Under the pieces are notes generated by a model, which did not search any database, was not told where the DNA came from, and saw nothing but the letters and a program-made list of their open reading frames with translations. Below are positions 38,814 through 46,101 of a DNA stretch of 64,000 bases, piece after piece. Position numbers and translations under genes: made by a program. Source of the DNA: a virus (taxonomy: Duplodnaviria > Heunggongvirae > Uroviricota > Caudoviricetes); IMG/VR virus record IMGVR_UViG_3300028602_000005, positions 178,137-242,136 of that record. One strand, 5' to 3'. The first letter of the stretch is position 1. Each line of letters opens with the position of its first letter.

Positions 38814-40073
38814 CTATTGTTTCTGTTTCCATATTTGAACTTCAGATCCTTTCATATTATGAATAGGTTTAATTTTAAAAAGAACATTTACAGTTGGTTC
38901 AATTAATAATTCTATTAATTCTGAGTCTTTATAAACTTCTGGAGATTCATCTATTGTTGTTTCATTTAAATTTGTTGAAAATATACCTCTCATATCATAT
39001 TGATAATTTTCAACTTTTAAAGTTTTCTTTGCTTTAGATCTGCTTAATACTCGACCAGATCCATGTGGAGCAGAACAATTCCAATCTGTATTTGATTTTC
39101 CTTCACAGATTAAAATTCCATCTCTCATATTAAATGGGATTATACACCTTTCACCCTTATATGCTCTTATCGCCCCTTTTCTTATAATATTATCTTCAAA
39201 ACAGTAATAATTATGTATTGTTTCGATTTTGTCAAGTATTTTTTTATTTAAAATATCATTGACTATTATTTCTATAATCTTTTCTCTGTTTAAAGAAGCA
39301 AATTCTTGAACGAATTTCATATCTTGAAGGTAAGATTCCATATCTTCACCCTCTAAATATGATAATTCTCTTGAAACATTATCAAGTTGAAATTTATCTT
39401 TTAATTTTTTTATTTTAAGTTGTATTTCATTTTTATCTAATGTTTCATCTAAAACCTTTTTAACTTCTTTCTTAAATAAAATTTCTCTTTTTGATTCTAT
39501 ATTTTTTTCTGCTCTTTTTTGCCAATATTCACATGTTACTTTTCCAAGATGCCTAGATCCTGTATGAACAGTTAACCAAACATTTTCTTCTGGATCTTTT
39601 CCAAATTCAATAAAGTGATTTCCGCCACCTAATGTTCCAATAGATTTTAGAAAATATTCATTTTTATTATTCCATCTTTTTTGACAAGATTTCTCAAACC
39701 AATCATAAGTAAATTCTTTTTTAAATAAAACATTAATTCCATTAATTACTTTTTCTCTTATATTTATTCCAAATGGAATTAATTCTCTTATCTTTTTATC
39801 AACTTCATCATGATCTAATTCAATCTTTCCAAGATTGACTGATAACATGCCTCAAGAACCATCAACTCCAACAATGTTTGGAATTATTTTATCTCCTTTT
39901 TCCATTGTGAATCCGATAACTGCTCCTTTTCCAGCATGAGTATCTGGCATCACAATAATTGGATTTGGAAATGCGGGATTATTAACCATTTGATTTATTT
40001 GTTTTAAACACTCTTCTTCAACTTCATCAATCATAATATACGCATTTGTATATTTTCCAGTAATTACTATCAT
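38814..40073 (-). CDS. rtcB: RtcB RNA ligase with an in-frame TGA at the catalytic Cys (candidate selenoprotein)
   Basis: Track ORFs 39852..40073 and 38814..39848 are in one frame: PDTHAGKG...VGVDGS-TGA-GM..., GTLGGGNHFIE, VHTGSR, HNY, RKGA, SAPHGSGR, DESP..YK. 419 codons if read through. Confidence 0.9.
39809..39849 (-). promoter_or_regulatory. Putative bacterial-type SECIS element
   Basis: Directly 3' of the UGA: CAUG-UU-AUC-AG-UCAAUCUU-GGA-AAGAUUGA-AUUA-GAU-CAUG; the G-starting apical loop begins 21 nt after the UGA. Confidence 0.7.
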
Positions 40074-40075
40074 TT

Positions 40076-40474
40076 TTAATCCTTTAGAAATTTATTATAA
40101 AAATCTTTTTCTCCTTGATGAAATCTTCCTTCTTCGGTAAGTCCTTTATTGAAGAGTATATTTTTGATTCTTAATAGATATTTCTCTTTTAAAAATTTTT
40201 TACTTGGTTTTCGATCCATAGATAGTAATGTTAATGCATCACCCAAACACTCTCTTAGATCGCTATCATTTTCTCTTTTACATTTTTTTCTATATTCTAT
40301 TAAATTTTCACTGATTCTCAATAAAATTTGTGGGTAAAATCTAACATATTTATCAATCATTAAAAGAACACTTTTTAGATGTTTTTCTTCTTCTTCATTT
40401 AATAAAACCTTCATTAAATTATTAAGGTCATCAAAAATTTTATTTCTATCTTCTTCTTGTATTCTCTTATCCAT
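40076..40474 (-). CDS. Hypothetical protein
   Basis: 132 aa, AGGAG RBS. Confidence 0.65.
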   Translation of the reverse strand: MDKRIQEEDRNKIFDDLNNLMKVLLNEEEEKHLKSVLLMIDKYVRFYPQILLRISENLIEYRKKCKRENDSDLRECLGDALTLLSMDRKPSKKFLKEKYLLRIKNILFNKGLTEEGRFHQGEKDFYNKFLKD

Positions 40475-40760
40475 TTATAATCTCCTTTACAGAAACTCTA
40501 ACTACTTTTCCAAAACCATTTTCTTCACAATATTTAAATCCATCTGGAGAACACATTCTAACTAAAAATTCCTTTTTATAAATGAAATCTAGATCATTAT
40601 CTTTTAAATCCAAATATCCATAATAATCCCCATTTTCATCGATTTCAACTTCGACACCAATTATTTCATTTTCTGGAACACCACAATATTTAACAACTTT
40701 TGGACTAACATAGAAATGATCAAAATATCCATCTTTTCTTTTATGTGCATATAATTTCAT
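40467..40760 (-). CDS. Hypothetical protein
   Basis: 97 aa, coupled to the upstream gene. Confidence 0.65.
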   Translation of the reverse strand: MKLYAHKRKDGYFDHFYVSPKVVKYCGVPENEIIGVEVEIDENGDYYGYLDLKDNDLDFIYKKEFLVRMCSPDGFKYCEENGFGKVVRVSVKEIING

Positions 40761-41038
40761 ATAGACTGTATCTCTTTCAGAAATTTTTTGAAGTTTGGAC
40801 CAGATTTTGCCATCTTAACTTTTTTATCATTTATTTTATAAATATCAGGATAAAAAACTTCTATAATTTTTTCTTCGACTAAATAATCTTCAAATTCTTT
40901 TATTGGCCCCCACATTACATCATCATCTACCAATCTTAACATTAAAAGTATATAATATTTACTTAATTCTAATCCCTCTTTTAATATTATTCTTTTTTGC
41001 TCATCTGAAACCGGAGGTCTATCTATTAAACTTCCCAT
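40757..41038 (-). CDS. Hypothetical protein
   Basis: Likely start MGSLID after AAGGA; the track's longer start lies within an RNA element. Confidence 0.6.
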   Translation of the reverse strand: MGSLIDRPPVSDEQKRIILKEGLELSKYYILLMLRLVDDDVMWGPIKEFEDYLVEEKIIEVFYPDIYKINDKKVKMAKSGPNFKKFLKEIQSI

Positions 41039-41067
41039 CAAATTTTCCTTTAAATAATTTTGAAAAA

Positions 41068-41147
41068 TGGTTAGTGGGAACAATAGAATTAAAAGGGCTG
41101 CTAGAAATTATTCTAACCCACTTACATTAATCTATTGAACCCACTCT
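41068..41147 (-). ncRNA. CCA-terminated rod-shaped RNA in the tRNA array
   Basis: AGUGGG/CCCACU, CAAUAGA/UCUAUUG, UUAA/UUAA, GGGU/GCCC, UAGAA/UUCUA; ends AACCA; immediately 3' of tRNA-Pro. Confidence 0.55.
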
Positions 41148-41154
41148 TATATAT

Positions 41155-41232
41155 TGGTCGGAGTAGAAGGACTTGAACCTTCGAAACCCCTCGCTCCCAA
41201 AGCGAGTGCTCTACCAACTGAGCTACACTCCG
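41155..41232 (-). tRNA. tRNA-Pro(UGG)
   Basis: CTCGC-TTTGGGA-GCGAG arm, C1-G72, CCA. Confidence 0.93.
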
Positions 41233-41242
41233 ATATTTTTAT

Positions 41243-41533
41243 TTACCAAGGTAAAACCATTTTAACCTCAAGATTATCATATTTAAATATATGACTAAGT
41301 TTTTCACTGTCAAATCTTATTGAATGCGATAATTCTGAATTAACTGAAATAACACATTCATAGTGTTCTCCAATAATTTTTAATAAAATATCATACTCTG
41401 TATTTTCAAATGAAATATCATATATTCTTGATTTTTTTAATTTATCAAATATAAAAAATCCTTTTTCAATCCACTTAAGTTTATTATTTACTATATCATT
41501 TATAATTTTCATTTTATAATTTTCAAATTTCAT
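41243..41533 (-). CDS. Hypothetical protein
   Basis: 96 aa, GGAG RBS. Confidence 0.6.
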   Translation of the reverse strand: MKFENYKMKIINDIVNNKLKWIEKGFFIFDKLKKSRIYDISFENTEYDILLKIIGEHYECVISVNSELSHSIRFDSEKLSHIFKYDNLEVKMVLPW

Positions 41534-41555
41534 TGTTCACTCCAAAATTAAAAAA

Positions 41556-41631
41556 TGGAGCCGGTAGAAGGAATCGAACCCTCGACAAGATGATTACAAA
41601 ACATCTGCTCTACCTACTGAGCTATACCGGC
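41556..41631 (-). tRNA. tRNA-Thr(UGU)
   Basis: GATGT-TTTGTAA-TCATC arm (U31-U39 mismatch), CCA. Confidence 0.9.
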
Positions 41632-41636
41632 TCAAA

Positions 41637-41728
41637 GAGCTAAAAATGGCTTACATTTGATTATTTTTATTATAGACATAGTTTATATCTAATATTTAAA
41701 ATAATCTAATCTCATCTGTTTCTAGCTC
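41637..41728 (-). ncRNA. Long irregular hairpin RNA between tRNA-Lys and tRNA-Thr
   Basis: GAGCUAGAAA/UUUUUAGCUC, GAUUAUUUU/AAAAUAAUC, UAGAUAU/AUGUCUA; the G-U pairs work on the minus strand. Confidence 0.45.
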
Positions 41729-41741
41729 ATTTTAAATTATA

Positions 41742-41818
41742 TGGTGAGGATGGTGAGGATCGAACTCACAACTTACGGATTAAAGGTCCGTTACTCTATC
41801 CAATTGAGTTACATCCCC
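41742..41818 (-). tRNA. tRNA-Lys(UUU), C33 variant
   Basis: ACGGA-CCTTTAA-TCCGT arm, TTCGA, CCA. Confidence 0.85.
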
Positions 41819-41819
41819 T

Positions 41820-41879
41820 TGGTCATGGGAAGGGCAATACCCTATTCAAAATACTCTAGAAATATTTTTAATCCCATGA
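41820..41879 (-). ncRNA. D-arm-less tRNA-like RNA, loop UUCUAGA
   Basis: Acceptor CAUGGGA/UCCCAUG-A-CCA; 7-bp stem AAAAUAU/GUAUUUU with a 7-nt loop centred on CUA; mini T-arm AGGG/CCCU. Confidence 0.65.
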
Positions 41880-41887
41880 TATTATAT

Positions 41888-41958
41888 TGGCTCACATGGA
41901 AGGACTTTAACCTTCATAAAAGAACTCTAGATATCCTTTTATTCTTCCCGACATATGA
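41888..41958 (-). ncRNA. D-arm-less tRNA-like RNA, loop AUCUAGA
   Basis: Acceptor UCAUAUG/CAUGUGA-G-CCA; 10-bp stem AUAAAAGGAU/GUUCUUUUAU with a 7-nt loop centred on CUA; T-arm GAAGG-UUAAAGU-CCUUC. Confidence 0.7.
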
Positions 41959-41969
41959 ATATTTCAGAT

Positions 41970-42047
41970 TGGAGGGGATAGAGAGATTCGAACTCTCAAC
42001 CCTCAGATTAGAAGTCTGATGCTCTAGATCCATTGAGCTATATCCCC
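41970..42047 (-). tRNA. tRNA-Arg(UCU)
   Basis: TCAGA-CTTCTAA-TCTGA arm, A20, CCA. Confidence 0.93.
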
Positions 42048-42049
42048 TT

Positions 42050-42123
42050 TGGCTCTCAGATTAGGGTTCGAACCTAAATTGGAGGATTCAAAGTCCTCTA
42101 TCCTACCATTAGACGATCTGAGA
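42050..42123 (-). tRNA. tRNA-Gln(UUG)
   Basis: GAGGA-CTTTGAA-TCCTC arm, U1-A72, G73, CCA. Confidence 0.93.
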
Positions 42124-42132
42124 ATAAACTTT

Positions 42133-42834
42133 TTATCCTATACCAAAATTTGAAACACTTTTCAATTCTTTTGGTACACACTCAGGATCATAAATATATT
42201 CTTCTTTTTCTTTATCCCATTTAAACCAAAAACATTCAGTGTAAGGATAAAGACCTTCATAAGTTTTTTCAATTACTGCAAAATTATAATCACCTTCATT
42301 AATATCGCAATAATTTTTTTCTACGGTTTCTCTTGAATGATTATAATTTGAAAACCAACCAACAATTCTCTCTTTTTTAATATCAGCTTTTAAAAACATC
42401 AATGTTGTTATAGTATAAATCCAATAATGCATAACAATCCCATTAGCATTATCAAAATCTATATATTGAAGTTTTACTTTTTCCCAATCTATATTTTCAC
42501 TCATTTCTCTAATAAATCCAATAGAAATTGGACAATCAAAACATATATCACTTATTTTCAAATCTAATTGTTCTAATTTGGATTCATCTACTTCTATATA
42601 AAAATCAATCTCAAAATATTTTTTATCTATATTGATATTTTTTAATATAAATGATTCACAAACTCCAATACATCCAATATCTCTTGTATATACCCCAACA
42701 GGATATATTTTTCTTTTTTCTGGATCATCTTTATCATTTTCAAATTTATTGAAAAAATTCAAAAACCTAAAATTTCCAACTTCTGATAAATCATCTTTAT
42801 TGTCAAAGAACTTATAAGTAATCACTTTTTCCAT
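42133..42834 (-). CDS. Hypothetical protein (possibly two fused domains)
   Basis: 233 aa; C-terminal RIVGWF...DINE..YNFAVIE...EGLY...F.IG. Confidence 0.65.
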   Translation of the reverse strand: MEKVITYKFFDNKDDLSEVGNFRFLNFFNKFENDKDDPEKRKIYPVGVYTRDIGCIGVCESFILKNINIDKKYFEIDFYIEVDESKLEQLDLKISDICFDCPISIGFIREMSENIDWEKVKLQYIDFDNANGIVMHYWIYTITTLMFLKADIKKERIVGWFSNYNHSRETVEKNYCDINEGDYNFAVIEKTYEGLYPYTECFWFKWDKEKEEYIYDPECVPKELKSVSNFGIG

Positions 42835-43073
42835 ATATTCTTTATTCTCCCAATTAAATTGAAAAATCTTCTAAAATCCCAAACTGGCCAAATATGATCT
42901 CTTCCCCCAAAAATATTATCACATATGAAACTATTTATTCCTGTTACTTTATAAATTTTTGTTTTTTTATAATCATCTTTAAAATATAACCATTCAAAAA
43001 ATTTTTTAAATTTTTCCAAATTTAATATTTGTACATAAATCTTTCTAATTCCTCGAAAATAACTGATTTCCAT
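42822..43073 (-). CDS. Hypothetical protein
   Basis: 83 aa overlapping its neighbours. Confidence 0.45.
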   Translation of the reverse strand: MEISYFRGIRKIYVQILNLEKFKKFFEWLYFKDDYKKTKIYKVTGINSFICDNIFGGRDHIWPVWDFRRFFNLIGRIKNIWKK

Positions 43074-43441
43074 AATTTATTTTCTTTCTTTGTTTTAATA
43101 TACATTTTAATGAAAATTAAAATCATAAAATATATTAATCCTGGAATTGTTATAAACCAAATTAATGAAGCTATAATTAATTTAAAACTTAAAAATATAA
43201 TAAAGAATACATATGTTTCTATTAATGAATAGTATGTACTATTAAAAGAAATATGAAATAATCTATCAAGAAATTCATTTATCCTTATTTTTTCTTCATT
43301 AATATATAAATAAGAAGAATAAACTATTTGTAAAATTATCAAAATTAATATAAAAAACAAAGATATTTGAAGGAAAACTAAAAATACTTGAACATAATTA
43401 TCTATTAAAAAATACAATAAATATTCGATAACCTTTAACAT
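43022..43441 (-). CDS. Membrane protein
   Basis: 2-3 hydrophobic segments, AGGTG RBS. Confidence 0.6.
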   Translation of the reverse strand: MLKVIEYLLYFLIDNYVQVFLVFLQISLFFILILIILQIVYSSYLYINEEKIRINEFLDRLFHISFNSTYYSLIETYVFFIIFLSFKLIIASLIWFITIPGLIYFMILIFIKMYIKTKKENKLWKSVIFEELERFMYKY

Positions 43442-43465
43442 TTTTTCACCTTTTTTCTTTAAAAA

Positions 43466-43555
43466 TGGAGGTAGGAGTGGGATTTGAACCCACGGACCTT
43501 TTACGATCTCTAGTTTTCAAGACTAGCTCCATAAACCTAACTCGGACATCCTACC
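43466..43555 (-). tRNA. tRNA-Ser(UGA)
   Basis: CTAGT-CTTGAAA-ACTAG arm, long variable arm, CCA. Confidence 0.9.
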
Positions 43556-43566
43556 TTAATATAAAT

Positions 43567-43661
43567 TGGCAGAAGGGATAGGATTCGAACCTACGGGTCT
43601 ACTTTTATTTTCAACCAATGGTTTAGCAAACCATCTCTTTAAGCCACTCAGACACCCTTCT
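43567..43661 (-). tRNA. tRNA-Ser(GCU)
   Basis: ATGGT-TTGCTAA-ACCAT arm, long variable arm, G73, CCA. Confidence 0.9.
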
Positions 43662-43669
43662 ATTTATAA

Positions 43670-43722
43670 AATTAATATATAATTCATATACTACATTTTC
43701 AGTAGTAATAAATTTGTTCTTA
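43670..43722 (-). promoter_or_regulatory. Tandem late-like (TAAGAACAAAT) and early-like (TATATATTAATT) motifs ahead of the tRNA region
   Basis: Variants of both recurring motifs at 43712-43722 and 43670-43681. Confidence 0.5.
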
Positions 43723-43785
43723 ATTTTTTCAGAAATATTTTTATATTATTTAATACTATCTAAATTTATAATTATATTTAATTTT

Positions 43786-44172
43786 TTATTCATTATCAAG
43801 CTTTTTTAAATACTCATATACTAATAATGCAAAATTTGATGGATTAACTAAATATCTTAATGGTCCCATTACAAAATTTGGATCAAAATTTATATATTTA
43901 TCTGTAACCCAATCTGTAAAAATGAACCAATCATCTCTTTTAGACATCCATTCCCATAAATCGCCTAAATCATTCCATGTTTTAAATGTTCTATTTCTTA
44001 CATTTCTATTTTTACATTTTCCACATCTTTCTTCATAATGAATATTAAAATGTGGTCCACTTACAACTTCATGTAAATAAATATTTTCATGCCAACATAA
44101 ATCCATTTTTTTAGTAAGATATTTGGCAATATCCTCATTTAATTCTATTTCTGCCATATGTTCCCTTTTCAA
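43786..44172 (-). CDS. Hypothetical protein with a CWH...C..C motif
   Basis: 128 aa. Confidence 0.65.
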   Translation of the reverse strand: MKREHMAEIELNEDIAKYLTKKMDLCWHENIYLHEVVSGPHFNIHYEERCGKCKNRNVRNRTFKTWNDLGDLWEWMSKRDDWFIFTDWVTDKYINFDPNFVMGPLRYLVNPSNFALLVYEYLKKLDNE

Positions 44173-44246
44173 CTAACCATAGATATAAAAAGACCAATAA
44201 TAAGTCCTAATAATATTAAAATAATAGCAAATATATAAAACATAAA

Positions 44247-44813
44247 TTAATCCTTTTCAAAATATCTTCTTGTCAAAAATTTAACAGTTCCGATTAATCT
44301 ATATAATATTAATCGATTTTCTTCCTTTAAGATTGTATCTATATCTTTATCTTTCAAATCCTTAAATTCTTCAAGAAATTTTATATATGAATTTGCTTTA
44401 ATACTATTTTCAAAATTTTCTTTACTTAAATTAGATATCTTACTTAATAACACTTTTTCAATTGTAGTGGAATAATTTTTAAAATTAAAGTTTTTCTTCT
44501 TTGAATTTAAATTTTCCTTTTCACAAATAAGTTTGGAAATTTTTTCTTTATAATATTCAATATTTCCAAGACAATTAATCAATTTGTTTTCAGTATTTTC
44601 TATTTCTAAAGTTATATCTTCTATTGTAGGTTTGACATCAATTCCTTCTGCATTATAACCATTTTCATAACCACCATCAGATGTTTCTCCCCACGACTCT
44701 AATGATTGTTGAAGTCTCTCAGAATCGTTGCGATCATCTATATCTAATGCCAAAATCTCATCATGTTTACCACCTCTATAGAATTTGGTAAATTTTACCC
44801 ATTGAAATAACAT
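44247..44813 (-). CDS. Hypothetical protein
   Basis: 188 aa, GAGGA RBS. Confidence 0.65.
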   Translation of the reverse strand: MLFQWVKFTKFYRGGKHDEILALDIDDRNDSERLQQSLESWGETSDGGYENGYNAEGIDVKPTIEDITLEIENTENKLINCLGNIEYYKEKISKLICEKENLNSKKKNFNFKNYSTTIEKVLLSKISNLSKENFENSIKANSYIKFLEEFKDLKDKDIDTILKEENRLILYRLIGTVKFLTRRYFEKD

Positions 44814-44833
44814 TTTTTAATCCTCTTTATCTT

Positions 44834-45877
44834 TCATTCTCCATTATTTATCAATTCTGAACATGCCTCTATAATTGAAATTCCTTCTTTAAGATATTCT
44901 TCATGTTCTTCTTTTGGAGTTTCCATTATTTCTAAATATTTAATCATTTTATCATTCATAGACATTGCATTTGTAATGCCTCTATTGGTTATATCCTTTT
45001 CGATATTATCTATAACTAAAATATCTTCTGATAGATTATCAAATTTAACATTTTCAGAAACTTTATCTAATCTGACAAAATTTCCAAGTTTTTTCATTTC
45101 ATTTGCTTCTTTTATAACTTCTTCATAATTATTTTCATTCAATTCAAATTGACAGTATTTTTTATATCCTTTTGTTGGAAAAGATTCTATTTTATCATTA
45201 TCAGTATCGACAACTAAATATCTTTTTTCTTCCCCTTTTTCACCCCAATCTCTTTGAATTATTGATCCAACATAATAAACTCTTAATGATTCTTCAATAA
45301 TTTCTTGAGGTTTATGATAATGACCTAATAATACTGTTTTATATTTTCCTCTTAAATCTTTTAATCCAATATTACTTTTAATACTTAATCCTGAATTTAA
45401 CATACCCTCACTTAAACCAAAATGAGAAATTAAATAATCTGCTTCTTTCTCTTTTATAATATCTATCATTTTACTTGAAAATGGAACAAGTAATATTTTA
45501 CCATTATCTATAAATTCATAATCTCCCTGAACTCTAAAAACATTTGGTTCATTATCTATAGATTTTAATGCTGATGTTTGTATTTCACTTTTAGAATCTT
45601 TATCATGATTTCCATCCAGAACTATAAAATCCATATCCCTATTATTTCTAAATATATCTAAAAGTAGTGATTGTGCTATTGTATAAATAATAGATTTATT
45701 ATGAAGCGAATCACCACTTATAATAAGCGTTTTTATGTAATTACTTAAAAGTTCGGAAATCATTTCTTGAGCAGCATTATAAGACCAACTTAATCTTTCT
45801 GGCAATTTAGAACTTAAATCTATTTTATCTTGTGAGTATCCTGTAAAATGCCAATCTGCTGAATGTCCAAATTTCAT
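44834..45877 (-). CDS. sbcD: SbcD/Mre11-like nuclease (T4 gp47-like)
   Basis: ADWH, GD..H, GNHD, SH, LGHYH, YVGS..Q..WGE. Confidence 0.9.
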   Translation of the reverse strand: MKFGHSADWHFTGYSQDKIDLSSKLPERLSWSYNAAQEMISELLSNYIKTLIISGDSLHNKSIIYTIAQSLLLDIFRNNRDMDFIVLDGNHDKDSKSEIQTSALKSIDNEPNVFRVQGDYEFIDNGKILLVPFSSKMIDIIKEKEADYLISHFGLSEGMLNSGLSIKSNIGLKDLRGKYKTVLLGHYHKPQEIIEESLRVYYVGSIIQRDWGEKGEEKRYLVVDTDNDKIESFPTKGYKKYCQFELNENNYEEVIKEANEMKKLGNFVRLDKVSENVKFDNLSEDILVIDNIEKDITNRGITNAMSMNDKMIKYLEIMETPKEEHEEYLKEGISIIEACSELINNGE

Positions 45878-46083
45878 TTTTTTGTCTCCGAATATATTAT
45901 GACATCTCTTAATTCATATATCGCATCAACTATCAGTGTATAAAAATCTAAAGTCAAAAATTTTGATTCTCTTAAATCATGAGCATTATTTATATCATCC
46001 TCATGTTTTCTTGATATTTCTTCTATATTTTCTATAAATTTTAAAATATTCTTTTTATCAAACAAGTTACAAAAATCCTCCAA
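45874..46083 (-). CDS. Hypothetical protein
   Basis: 69 aa. Confidence 0.5.
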   Translation of the reverse strand: MEDFCNLFDKKNILKFIENIEEISRKHEDDINNAHDLRESKFLTLDFYTLIVDAIYELRDVIIYSETKK

Positions 46084-46101
46084 ACAAATACAATTTTTAT
46101 T

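Noticed and set aside
41820-41958. tRNA-Pyl
   Set aside because: tRNA-Pyl keeps a D-arm and a CUCUAAA loop. These elements lack a D-arm, and no pyl genes are visible.
41741-42019. 92-aa plus-strand ORF
   Set aside because: It is the reverse complement of tRNA-Lys, the two tRNA-like RNAs and tRNA-Arg.
43466-43555. tRNA-Sec to serve the RtcB UGA
   Set aside because: The anticodon is UGA (Ser, reads UCA), not UCA, and the acceptor stem is 7 bp. No selC is seen in the window.
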